Shown: one piece after another, positions 28,954-37,954 of the stretch | Position numbering within the stretch: position 1 is the first letter of the stretch | Layout: every line of letters starts with the position of its first letter | From: an uncultured Blastococcus sp. | GTDB taxonomy: Bacteria; Actinomycetota; Actinomycetes; Mycobacteriales; Geodermatophilaceae | Reading direction: 5' to 3' | NCBI GenBank assembly: GCA_902805535.1 | Contig: CADCTN010000146.1 | Location: forward strand, 1-57,682 | Length of the DNA: 57,682 bases | Position numbers and translations under genes: made by a program | Notes under the pieces: model-generated | Database searches by the model: none | What the model was told of the DNA's origin: nothing | Seen by the model: the letters and a program-made list of their open reading frames with translations, nothing else

Positions 28954-29235
28954 ATGACCACAGCAACCTGGAACGGAACCGTCATCGCGGAGTCCGACGA
29001 CATCGTGACCGTCGAGGGCAACGCCTACTTCCCCCGGAACGCGGTGCGCGAGGACGTGCTGCGTCCCTCGGAGACCAACAGCGTCTGCCCCTGGAAGGGC
29101 ACGGCTTCCTACTTCGACCTCGAGGTCGACGGACAGCTGAACAAGGACGCCGCCTGGTATTACCCGACCCCGAAGGACGCGGCCCAGGAGATCACCGGCC
29201 GCGTGGCGTTCTGGAAGGGCGTCGAGGTCCGCTAG
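28954..29235 (+). CDS. DUF427 family protein
   Basis: VIAESD, EGNAYFP, CPWKGTASY, AAWYYP. Confidence 0.93.
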   Translation: MTTATWNGTVIAESDDIVTVEGNAYFPRNAVREDVLRPSETNSVCPWKGTASYFDLEVDGQLNKDAAWYYPTPKDAAQEITGRVAFWKGVEVR

Positions 29236-29642
29236 CGAGCGGGACGGGCGCCGGCCAGCTCGCGGGCGGCCGCGGCTGCGTCGTCGTCCAGCTGACGGGT
29301 GATCGCCTCCTGGAAGGCGTCGTAGACCTCGTCGGGCGACATGCCCAGTGCAGCGCCGATCTGATTCCAGTCGGCGCCCCCACGGAGGGCGGCGCGGATG
29401 CCGATGACCTGGCTGTCGTGCGCCTTGCGGGAGACCACCTCGCCCAGGGCGAGGAGCTCAAGCGCCTCGTAGGTGTCCAGCGACGTGTCGATGGTCCTGA
29501 GCGAGCTCCAGTCGTCCTCGCCCGCCTCGTGCACGGTGTTGAGCGTGGTGTCGCCGTTGTCGCGGCGGCTGAGGAAGTCCAAGCGGGTCGCGGCCGTGGG
29601 GAGCGAGAACTCCGCTTCGAGGGTCTCGGGGGTGATGCTCAT
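29232..29642 (-). CDS. Hypothetical protein with C-terminal HTH-like motif
   Basis: ALRGGADWNQIGAALGMS; GTTT-N17-GGGGAA promoter 10 nt upstream. Confidence 0.75.
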   Translation of the reverse strand: MSITPETLEAEFSLPTAATRLDFLSRRDNGDTTLNTVHEAGEDDWSSLRTIDTSLDTYEALELLALGEVVSRKAHDSQVIGIRAALRGGADWNQIGAALGMSPDEVYDAFQEAITRQLDDDAAAAARELAGARPAR

Positions 29643-29751
29643 GCCTGAAGACTTCCCCGTCCGCCTCGGCGCGCCAAACTCCCACCCCACGTGACCCCAG
29701 ATACCCCGCGGTATCCCAGCGGGGCGCTACGGAGCGGACCCGGGCGCACAC

Positions 29752-29793
29752 GCGGAAGGGTCCGCACCTCAGACGAGGTGCAGACCCTTCCGT
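29752..29793. terminator. Stem-loop terminator of the ferritin-like gene
   Basis: GCGGAAGGGTCCGCACCTC / GAGGTGCAGACCCTTCCGT. Confidence 0.7.
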
Positions 29794-29823
29794 GCTGCTG
29801 TCGACCCCGGCCCGGGGCCGCTG

Positions 29824-30798
29824 TCAGCTGGTGACGCCCACGGCCTCCTTCGCCAGCGCGGCCAGCTGGGTCTGGGCGGCGCTGGCCACGTTCGCCCGGT
29901 TCTTGTGGGCCTCCTCGTAGGCGATGACCACGCGGATCTCGCGGGCCTCACGGAGGTCCTTGATCGCCTTCACGGCGTCGCCGGCCGAGAGGTTGTCGTA
30001 GTTCGCGATCGGCAACTCGGTGGCCGAGACGTCGCCGAGCTCCTCGCGGGCGGACCGGGCAGCCTTGGCGGCGTCCTTGTTGCCCTCGCGATCGGCGACC
30101 TGCTCGGCGCGGCGCAGCGTGGCGCTGCGGCCGGCGACCAGGGTCTCGCGGACGGCGCCGGTCAGCGCCGCGGCGCGGTCGGTGACGGCGGAGAACCGGT
30201 CGGAGGTCTCCTCACCGGCGTGCCGGACCGTGTCGACGGCGTTGTTGACCGTGTTGGCCCAGAAGCGGACGGGGGCGTTGACCGCGCGGGCCACACCGCC
30301 GGCGACCTTCTGCACCGGGGTGGGCACGAGCGCGACGGGGCCGCCCATGGCCTCCTCGGCGAGGACGACGGTCAGCCACTCGACGGTCGCCTTGTGCGCC
30401 TCGATCAGCTTCTCGGCGAGCTGGCGGACCTTGGTCTGGCCGGCCTGGTCGGCGAGGACCTTCACGTAGGTGGCGCGGTCGAGCAGCTGGTGCTCGAGCG
30501 CGAGGTCGGTGAGCAGGGCCTCCTCGAAGGGAGCGGCCTGCTCGAACGTGGCCTTGAGCGTGGCCGACAGCCGACCGAGCGCAGGGGTGACGACGTCCGG
30601 GACACCGCCGACGGCGCGCAGCTGCTCGGTGATCTCGAACGAGCGGGCGGCGGCGTTGTCGGCGTTCTGGGTCAGCTCCCGGCGGACGGCGTCGGTGCGG
30701 GCCTGGGAGATGCGGGTGCGTGCGACCTGCTCCTCGGTCTGCGTGAGCAGGACGAGGGCGCGCAGCTGGTTGATGAGCTTGCTGTTGTTGTCGGTCAT
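29824..30798 (-). CDS. Ferritin-like domain protein
   Basis: LTQTEEQVA, DLALEHQLLDRA, EAHKATVEWL; C-terminal LPIANYD..YEEAHKNR. Confidence 0.8.
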   Translation of the reverse strand: MTDNNSKLINQLRALVLLTQTEEQVARTRISQARTDAVRRELTQNADNAAARSFEITEQLRAVGGVPDVVTPALGRLSATLKATFEQAAPFEEALLTDLALEHQLLDRATYVKVLADQAGQTKVRQLAEKLIEAHKATVEWLTVVLAEEAMGGPVALVPTPVQKVAGGVARAVNAPVRFWANTVNNAVDTVRHAGEETSDRFSAVTDRAAALTGAVRETLVAGRSATLRRAEQVADREGNKDAAKAARSAREELGDVSATELPIANYDNLSAGDAVKAIKDLREAREIRVVIAYEEAHKNRANVASAAQTQLAALAKEAVGVTS

Positions 30799-30932
30799 GA
30801 CGAAGGAACAACTCCAAGGAATCGGGGATGACCTGACGGTCTTGTCCATGCCCCGCAGATCCGGAGTGCTAACTCCTGCAAGCGTATTGCTAGCAGTGAG
30901 CCCCGTCACGGCCCGTCCCGGGCCCGGCGGGG

Positions 30933-31688
30933 TCAGGTCGCGGGGGGTCGGTACTCCCCTGCCACGTCGAGGACGACGCCGAGCGCGCGCAGCTCCGCCT
31001 CGAACATCGGCTCGGCGTCGTCCAGGGCGAACCGCAGGTGCCCGAAGACCTCCATGCAGACCATTCCGTACAGCCGGATCCAGCAGGAGAGGAACACCGA
31101 CATGACGCCGAGCGGGAGGGCCACCGGGAGCTTGGCGCACCACGCCTGCAACTGATCCCGGAGGGCCGGGTCGAGGTCGTCCTCGTCGGGAACGGGGAAG
31201 CCCTGCTCGAGGTAGATCCGCCCGACCAGCTCGGCGAAGACCCCGCCGAAGCGCCGCCCGGCCACCTGCGGGGGCCGCTCACCGTCTCCGTGCAGCTTTC
31301 CCGGCTCGATCACGCGCTCGGCCGCGCTGCCGAAGAGGAGGCCGAACTCGGCGTGGTGGGTCGTCGCCCACCGACGGAACGCGCGGGCGACCAGGAGCAG
31401 CTGGTACCCCGGCGAGGGCGGGTCGGCCGCGTCCCGGACCGCCTCCAGGACGTCGGTGAGCTCGTCGTAGAGGTCGGCGACGACGTGCTCGACGAGGTCC
31501 TCGCGGCTGTCGAAGTAGCGGTAGAGCGCCGGCGCCGTCATGCCCATCTGGCGCGCGACCGCGCGCAGGGCCAGGCCGTCGACCCCCTGCTCGACGAGCA
31601 CCGTGCGGGCCGTCTCCTTGATCTCGCGCACCGTGTCGGCGCGCTGGCGATCGCGGCGGCTCAGCGGTTCCGCCGGCAGTTCGTTCAT
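30933..31688 (-). CDS. TetR family regulator (WHG-like C-terminal domain)
   Basis: LRAVARQMGMTAPALYRYF; W..LYGMV. Confidence 0.92.
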   Translation of the reverse strand: MNELPAEPLSRRDRQRADTVREIKETARTVLVEQGVDGLALRAVARQMGMTAPALYRYFDSREDLVEHVVADLYDELTDVLEAVRDAADPPSPGYQLLLVARAFRRWATTHHAEFGLLFGSAAERVIEPGKLHGDGERPPQVAGRRFGGVFAELVGRIYLEQGFPVPDEDDLDPALRDQLQAWCAKLPVALPLGVMSVFLSCWIRLYGMVCMEVFGHLRFALDDAEPMFEAELRALGVVLDVAGEYRPPAT

Positions 31689-31706
31689 CGTTCCTCGGCA
31701 ATCCTC

Positions 31707-31761
31707 TTGACATGCGTGAACACCGTTAGCACAGTGAGCACCGTTCGCTAACACCGTTCAC
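31707..31761. promoter_or_regulatory. Triple TetR operator plus TTGACA
   Basis: GTGAACACCGTTAGC, GTGAGCACCGTTCGC and GCTAACACCGTTCAC between divergent tetR and mmpL. Confidence 0.75.
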
Positions 31762-31791
31762 TGCTGACCCGACGCTAGCACTGGAGACGCC

Positions 31792-34017
31792 ATGTTCGAG
31801 GCCCTCGGCCGGGTGATGTACCGCCGTCGTCGCTGGGTGGTCGCCCTCGCCCTCGCGTTCGTCGCCTTCGCCGGGGTGTGGGGCACCGGCGTCTTCGGGG
31901 CGATGACCGGCGGCGGGTTCGAGGACCCCGGCAGCGAGAGCTCGCTGGCCGGCGAGCTCGCCGAGCGCGAGCTCGGCCGCGGCGGCGGCGACGTCGTGGT
32001 CCTGTACTCCAGCGACCGGCTCACCGTCGACGACCCGGCCTACGCCCAGGCGGTCGAGGCGAGCCTGGCCGGGCTGCCGCGCGACGTGGTCGAGGAGGCG
32101 GTCACGTTCTTCGGCACCGGCTCCCCGCAGCTGGTCAGCGAGGACCGCACCGCCACCTACGCGCTGCTCACCCTCGCCGGCGACGAGGACCAGCGCACGG
32201 CGGGCCTGGAGGCGATCGAGGACGACCTGACCGCGCCGGGCCTGGAGACGCAGCTCGGCGGCGGGACGACGATCAACCGCGACATCAACGAGCGGGTGAG
32301 CGCCGACATCGCGCGCGCCGAGACCATCTCGCTGCCGATCCTCGCGGTCCTGCTCGTGGTCATCTTCGGCAGCCTCGCGGCGGCCGGGCTGCCGCTGGCC
32401 ATCGGGGTGGTGGCGATCCTGGGCTCGTTCGCCGCGCTGCGCGGGTTCTCGATGGTCACCGACGTCTCGATCTTCGCGGTCAACGTCGTCACGATCACCG
32501 GCCTGGGTCTGGCGATCGACTACGGCCTGTTCATGGTCAGCCGGTTCCGCGAGGAGATCGGGCGCCAGCCGGACACCGAGACCGCGCTGGCCCGCACGAT
32601 GGCCACCGCGGGCCGCACGGTCGCCGTCTCCGGGGTCACGGTCGCCATCTCGTTGGCCGGGCTGCTGATCTTCCCGCAGGTCTTCCTGCGCTCGATGGGC
32701 TTCGGCGGCATGAGCGCGGTCCTGATCGCGATGCTCGCGGCCCTCACCCTGCTGCCGGCGCTCCTGGCGATGCTCTGGCCGAAGGTCGACGCGCTGTCGG
32801 TGCGGCCGTGGCTGCGCCGGGTGTTCCGCCGCCGCGAACGGGTGGTCGACCACCGGGACGGTACGGAGCACGGTGCCTGGGCGCGGATCGCCCGCAGCGT
32901 GATGCGCCGCCCGGTCATGTACACCGTCGTCGTCACCGTCGTCCTCGTGACGCTGGCGCTGCCGTTCCTGCGGGTGCAGTTCGGCGGCATCGACGAGCGG
33001 GCGCTGCCCGAAGGCACCGAGAGCCGGGTGGTGTCGGAGCGGCTGGACGAGGAGTTCCCGGCGAGCGAGCGCGGCCCGATCGACGCGGTCGTCACGCTCC
33101 CCGACGCCGTCGACTCCCCGGCCGGCGCCGCCGCGCTGCAGGCCTACGTCGACGAGGTGGCGGCGATCCCGGGAGTGGCGGGCGCGGCCGTCTCCGACGC
33201 GGCCGGGAGCACCGCGCGGGTGGACGTCGCCTACGCCGGCGACCCGCTGTCCACCGACGCCCGCGACCTGGTCGACGAGATCCGTGCCGTCCCCGTGCCC
33301 GAGGGCGGCGCGGCGCTGGTCGGCGGACAGACGGCGATCCTGGTGGACCTGCTGGACAGCCTCGCGTCGCTGCTGCCGTGGATGGCGCTGTTCGTGGTGG
33401 CGACGACGTTCGTGCTGCTGTTCCTGGCCTTCGGCTCGCTCGTGCTGCCGGTCAAGGCGGTGGTGATGAACGTGCTGTCGCTGGGCGCCTCGTTCGGCGC
33501 GCTGGTCTGGATCTTCCAGGACGGCAACCTGTCCGGGTTCCTCGACTTCACCCCCACGGGATTCGTGGAGGCGACCCAGCCGATCCTCGTGCTGGCCATC
33601 GTCTTCGGGCTCTCGATGGACTACGAGGTGTTCCTGATGTCGCGGATCCGGGAGGAGTACGACCGGACCGGCGACAACACGACGGCGGTGGCGACGGGCC
33701 TGCAGCGGACCGGCGGGATCATCACCAGCGCCGCGCTGCTGCTGCTCGTGGTGATCGGTGCGTTCTCGCTGTCGGGGATCACCTTCATCAAGATGATCGG
33801 GGTCGCGATGCTGATCGCGATCGTGATCGACGCGACCGTCGTCCGGATCCTGCTCGTGCCGGCGACGATGCGGCTGCTCGGCCGCGCCAACTGGTGGGCG
33901 CCGGGACCGCTGGGCCGGCTCTACCGGCGCTACGGCATCCGCGAGAGCGACGGCATCGGCGCGAGCGGCGGCGACCCGGCGGCCGAGCGCAGGCCGGAGC
34001 TCGCCGGCACCCGCTGA
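31792..34017 (+). CDS. MmpL/RND family transporter
   Basis: GLAIDYGLFMVSRFREE, GLSMDYEVFL, DATVVR, NWWAP. Confidence 0.95.
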   Translation: MFEALGRVMYRRRRWVVALALAFVAFAGVWGTGVFGAMTGGGFEDPGSESSLAGELAERELGRGGGDVVVLYSSDRLTVDDPAYAQAVEASLAGLPRDVVEEAVTFFGTGSPQLVSEDRTATYALLTLAGDEDQRTAGLEAIEDDLTAPGLETQLGGGTTINRDINERVSADIARAETISLPILAVLLVVIFGSLAAAGLPLAIGVVAILGSFAALRGFSMVTDVSIFAVNVVTITGLGLAIDYGLFMVSRFREEIGRQPDTETALARTMATAGRTVAVSGVTVAISLAGLLIFPQVFLRSMGFGGMSAVLIAMLAALTLLPALLAMLWPKVDALSVRPWLRRVFRRRERVVDHRDGTEHGAWARIARSVMRRPVMYTVVVTVVLVTLALPFLRVQFGGIDERALPEGTESRVVSERLDEEFPASERGPIDAVVTLPDAVDSPAGAAALQAYVDEVAAIPGVAGAAVSDAAGSTARVDVAYAGDPLSTDARDLVDEIRAVPVPEGGAALVGGQTAILVDLLDSLASLLPWMALFVVATTFVLLFLAFGSLVLPVKAVVMNVLSLGASFGALVWIFQDGNLSGFLDFTPTGFVEATQPILVLAIVFGLSMDYEVFLMSRIREEYDRTGDNTTAVATGLQRTGGIITSAALLLLVVIGAFSLSGITFIKMIGVAMLIAIVIDATVVRILLVPATMRLLGRANWWAPGPLGRLYRRYGIRESDGIGASGGDPAAERRPELAGTR

Positions 34018-34021
34018 GCGG

Positions 34022-34052
34022 GCCGGGGACCCCCTGGACGGGGGTCCCCGGC
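34022..34052. terminator. Stem-loop between convergent genes
   Basis: GCCGGGGACCCCC / GGGGGTCCCCGGC 13-bp stem. Confidence 0.7.
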
Positions 34053-34060
34053 AGGCACGG

Positions 34061-34264
34061 TCAGACCACGGCCGCCGTCTCGTCCTCGACGGGGAGCCGG
34101 GGGTGCACCCGGAACCGGAGGACCGGCTGGGTGTCGTCGTCGGAGAGGTGGCGGGGCGCCAGCCTGACCCGGCGGGCCGGGAGCGGGGACGGCGGCAGCA
34201 GCTTCCCGCAGCCGACGCAGTACCGGCCGCGCTGCTCGACGGCGCTGCAGTGCGTGCACGTCAT
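34061..34264 (-). CDS. Small zinc-ribbon protein (67 aa)
   Basis: CTHC..YCVGCG; GAGGAGG RBS. Confidence 0.7.
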   Translation of the reverse strand: MTCTHCSAVEQRGRYCVGCGKLLPPSPLPARRVRLAPRHLSDDDTQPVLRFRVHPRLPVEDETAAVV

Positions 34265-34446
34265 GGTGCCTCCTCGAACTCCGACGTCCCCCGCGGGGTC
34301 GAACCGCTGCGACCATCGCAGGTGAGGACGACGGATCTGGACGGCTCCCGCCCCGTGGGACGACCTGTAATCCGACCGTCACCTATCCGCTCGGCCGGCG
34401 TCGGCGATCATCGCCCTCGGGCGATGGTGTGCGAACCTGGGCCGTC

Positions 34447-35343
34447 ATGGCGGAGCTGCTGAGCGACGGACGCGCACCGAGGGCCCGCCTGCGGGAGCTG
34501 ATGAGCGGTCCGGCACCCCTCGTCGCGCCCGGCGCCTACGACGCCCTGAGCGCCCGGCTGATCGAGCAGGCCGGCTTCGACGCCGTCTACATGACCGGCT
34601 TCGGAACGACGGCGTCACTGATCGGCCGGCCCGACGTCGGGCTGCTCAGCGGAGCCGAGATGGTCGACAACGCCCGCCGGATCGTCTCCGCCGTCGACGT
34701 GCCGGTCATCGCCGACGCGGACACCGGCTACGGCAACGCGATCAACGTCGTCCGCACGGTGCAGCTCTACGAGCAGGCCGGCGTCGCCGGGATCCAGCTC
34801 GAGGACCAGGTGATGCCCAAGAAGTGCGGGCACATGAGCGGCAAGCTGCTGATCGAGACCGACGAGATGGTCGGCAAGGTCCGGGCCGCCGTCCAGGCGC
34901 GGCGCGACCCCGACCTGCTGATCATCGCCCGCACCGACGCGGTCGCCGTCACGGGGACCGACGACGCCATCGCCCGCGCGCGGGCCTTCGCCGACGCGGG
35001 TGCCGACGTCCTGTTCGTCGAGGCCCCCACCTCCGAGGCCGACGTCGAGCACGTGGCCACCGAGCTGCGCGGCGTGGCCCCGCTGGTCTTCAACTGGGCC
35101 GAGGGTGGGAAGACGCCGGCGCTGTCGCTGGAGCGGATCGCCGAGCTGGGGTTCTCCCTGGTGATCTACCCGATCGGCACGCTGCTGGCCGCGACCGCGG
35201 GGATCCGATCGCTGCTGGCCGCGCTGAGGAGCGACGGTGTGCCGACGGCGGCCCTCGGCGCCCTGCCGACCTTCGACCAGTTCACCGACCTCGTCGGCCT
35301 GCCGGAGGTGCAGCGGCTCGAGCGACGGTTCTCCGGTTCCTGA
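34447..35343 (+). CDS. Isocitrate lyase/PEP mutase family enzyme (PrpB/oxaloacetate hydrolase-like)
   Basis: PGAYDALSA, DADTGYG, EDQVMPKKCGH, IARTDA. Confidence 0.9.
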   Translation: MAELLSDGRAPRARLRELMSGPAPLVAPGAYDALSARLIEQAGFDAVYMTGFGTTASLIGRPDVGLLSGAEMVDNARRIVSAVDVPVIADADTGYGNAINVVRTVQLYEQAGVAGIQLEDQVMPKKCGHMSGKLLIETDEMVGKVRAAVQARRDPDLLIIARTDAVAVTGTDDAIARARAFADAGADVLFVEAPTSEADVEHVATELRGVAPLVFNWAEGGKTPALSLERIAELGFSLVIYPIGTLLAATAGIRSLLAALRSDGVPTAALGALPTFDQFTDLVGLPEVQRLERRFSGS

Positions 35344-35346
35344 TCC

Positions 35347-35886
35347 TCAGACGAGGGTCGTCCGCGTCTGCCCCACGCTCCGCCAATGCGCATTGAGCGC
35401 GTTGTTGGTCTGGACGAACCAGATGAACGGGCCCACGAGGACGAGCATCCCGGGGAAGAACCAGAGCGCGGTGAGCGCGGTGACCGGCTTCTCCCGGCCG
35501 CGCCGCTCGTGGAGCAGGCCCACCTCGTGGCTGAGCAGGAACGGGCTGACGATGCCGAAGACGATCGCGATGACCAGCGCCAGCACGCCACCCAGGCCCT
35601 CCCCGGTGTGCCGCCGCATCTCCTCGTGGGTCTGGAAGTAGTAGACGAAGCCCCAGATCCCCAGCGTGACGAGGAACAGCACGATGATCATCCCGGTCGG
35701 GCGGAGCTGCCCGATCGGCCCCTGTGGCCGGCCGTACCCGGCGTAGCCGGGAACCGGCGGCATCGGCCGGTCGTCCTGCCCGTGCCTCGGCCGCGGGAAG
35801 CCCGGCGGAGGAGCGGGGTAGCCGTACGGCGCGCCCCCGGCCGGCTGCCCGGCGTCCGGGGGTGGCGGCTCCTGCGGTGTGATCAT
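35347..35886 (-). CDS. DUF4234 membrane protein
   Basis: VTLGIWGFVYYFQTHEEM; Pro-rich N-terminus; GGAGG RBS. Confidence 0.8.
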   Translation of the reverse strand: MITPQEPPPPDAGQPAGGAPYGYPAPPPGFPRPRHGQDDRPMPPVPGYAGYGRPQGPIGQLRPTGMIIVLFLVTLGIWGFVYYFQTHEEMRRHTGEGLGGVLALVIAIVFGIVSPFLLSHEVGLLHERRGREKPVTALTALWFFPGMLVLVGPFIWFVQTNNALNAHWRSVGQTRTTLV

Positions 35887-35983
35887 CGGCTGTCCTCCCG
35901 GCCTTCTCGTGGCAGGAGCCATGCTCCCCCGCCGACGCCCGCCCAGGAGCCCCTTCCGGCGCGGGGAGTGCTACACCTCAGGG

Positions 35984-37249
35984 ATGACTCGGTGGCGTCG
36001 TGCGGCTGCCGTGCTGGCTGCGGCGGGCCTCGTCCTCGCCCTCAGCGGCTGCCCGGTCGGCCAGGAGGACCGAGCACCCGAGCCGACACCGACGGCGGCA
36101 GACCCCGGACCGGTCCGCCCGACCGACCCGTCGACGGACCTGCCGGGCTATCCCGGGCCCCCGACCGGCGGACCTCCGAGCGCGGGCCCGGCGACGCAGG
36201 TGCGGGCGGCGATCGACCTGACGGCGGCGACCCCGGGCACCTTCGCCCGCGTGGTCTCGGCCGTCGCCGTGCCCGACGGCGGTGCCTACGCCCTGCTCGC
36301 GCCCGCGGACCGGGCTCTGCCCCAGTCCCTGGTGACGCTGCGGGGTGACGCCATCGCGGGGACCGTCACCCTGCCGCGGGTGGCGGACGTGTGGGACATG
36401 CACGTGGCCGAGGACGGCTCGGTGCTCGTCGTCGGCGACCTCGGGGCCGAGGGGCTCGGGCTGCGGGCCGTCGACCCGGCCACGGGCGCTGTCCGGACGG
36501 CGGTGCTGCTCGCCGCGAGCGACGACGTCCGATCCTCGACCGGACGGTCGGCGCTGGACGCGGGGTCGGGACGGCTGCACCTGGTGCTGAGCACGGTGAC
36601 CGACGCCGGCGTCCGCGAGGCGCTGCTGGCGGTGGACGTCGCGACCGGACGGGTCGTCGGCGAGCGCGACCTGGCCGACGACGTCGCGGCGAGCTCCGCC
36701 TACCCGATGGGCGACCAGCTCGCCGGTCTCCTCCCCCGGCCGGCCGGTGGCGTGACCCTGGTGTTCGACGCCTCCCCCACGGAGGTGCCCCAGAACCGGA
36801 TCCCGACGCTGCTCCGGTACGACGCCGACCTCCAGCCGGCCGGCGGCGCGGCGCGGGTGACCGGGTTGTCGGAGGGGGCGGAGACCCAGTCGGTCACCGG
36901 AGCCGCCGACGGCACCGTGTTCCTGCTCGTCACGGTGGAGGCCGGCTCGTGGCTGCTCGCGGTGCCCGACGGCGGCGGGGCCGGCCCGCTGCTGGCGGAG
37001 CTGGCCGACCGCGTCTACGGCTACGCGCTCGTGGTGGACCCGGCTCAGGTCTGGGCGGTGCTGCCCGCGCCGATCGGCGTGCGCGCGGTCGACCTCACGA
37101 CGGGCGAGGCGCTCCTGCCGGAGGGGCTGGGGTGCTACCACCGGCTCGACGTCCGGGCCCTGCTCCCCGCGCCGACCGGGGCACTGGCCATCGGGGAGTG
37201 CGACTCCCCGCGCGAGGACACCCAGTTCCTGTGGTTCCTCACGCCCTGA
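35984..37249 (+). CDS. Lipoprotein, probable beta-propeller
   Basis: Lipobox LALSGC; repeated AVD.ATG / DG.V blade-like motifs. Confidence 0.75.
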   Translation: MTRWRRAAAVLAAAGLVLALSGCPVGQEDRAPEPTPTAADPGPVRPTDPSTDLPGYPGPPTGGPPSAGPATQVRAAIDLTAATPGTFARVVSAVAVPDGGAYALLAPADRALPQSLVTLRGDAIAGTVTLPRVADVWDMHVAEDGSVLVVGDLGAEGLGLRAVDPATGAVRTAVLLAASDDVRSSTGRSALDAGSGRLHLVLSTVTDAGVREALLAVDVATGRVVGERDLADDVAASSAYPMGDQLAGLLPRPAGGVTLVFDASPTEVPQNRIPTLLRYDADLQPAGGAARVTGLSEGAETQSVTGAADGTVFLLVTVEAGSWLLAVPDGGGAGPLLAELADRVYGYALVVDPAQVWAVLPAPIGVRAVDLTTGEALLPEGLGCYHRLDVRALLPAPTGALAIGECDSPREDTQFLWFLTP

Positions 37250-37279
37250 CGGGGGTGAGGCCTTCCCGGACGGCGCTCG

Positions 37280-37903
37280 TCAGCGGGCGCCGACGCTCCG
37301 CCAGTAGCCGCTGAGCGCCCGGTTGGTCAGCACGAACCAGACGACCGGGCCGATCAGGATCAGGATGCCGGGGAAGAACCACAGCCCGGTGAGGGCGCTG
37401 ACCGGCCTGCGCTGACCGCGACGCTCGTAGAGGCGGCCCACCTCGTGGCTGAGCAGGAACGGGGAGGCCATCCAGAAGACGACGGCCAGCACCAGCGCCA
37501 GGACACCGCCGATCCCCTCGCCGGTGTGCCGCTTCATCTCGTCGTGGGTCTGGAAGAAGTAGACGTAGCCCCAGATGCCGACGGTGACGGTGAACAGCAG
37601 CAGCTGCAGCCCGGTGCCGCGCACCTGGCCGACCGCGCCCCGGTTCCAGACCGGCGCCGGCAGCCAGGACACCGGGCGCTGCACGGGCGGCGCGTACTGC
37701 GGTGGCGGGGCGACGGGCCGCGGTCCGGGCAGATCGGTGAACAGCTGGTCGAGGTCGGCGTACGTCACCGCGGCGAATGCCTGCTCGAGGCGCCGGTCGT
37801 ACTCCGCGTCGTCCAGCCGTCCCTCGGCCCACGCGGCGCCGATCCGCGCCGCGGCGTCCTGCCGCTCGGCGTCGGAGACCCGGAGGTGGCGTGCCGTGGT
37901 CAT
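37280..37903 (-). CDS. DUF1707 + DUF4234 membrane protein
   Basis: RVSDAER..EGRLD..E..RL..A...LFTDLP; YFFQTHDEMKRHTGEG. Confidence 0.85.
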   Translation of the reverse strand: MTTARHLRVSDAERQDAAARIGAAWAEGRLDDAEYDRRLEQAFAAVTYADLDQLFTDLPGPRPVAPPPQYAPPVQRPVSWLPAPVWNRGAVGQVRGTGLQLLLFTVTVGIWGYVYFFQTHDEMKRHTGEGIGGVLALVLAVVFWMASPFLLSHEVGRLYERRGQRRPVSALTGLWFFPGILILIGPVVWFVLTNRALSGYWRSVGAR

Positions 37904-37954
37904 GCCCGATGGTCGCACGGCTGCGGCCGTTGTGGAACGGCTCCGGACGGAGCC

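Noticed and set aside
31716-31761. Three repeated 15-mers as a CRISPR or iterons
   Set aside because: They are quasi-palindromes between divergent tetR and mmpL, best explained as operators
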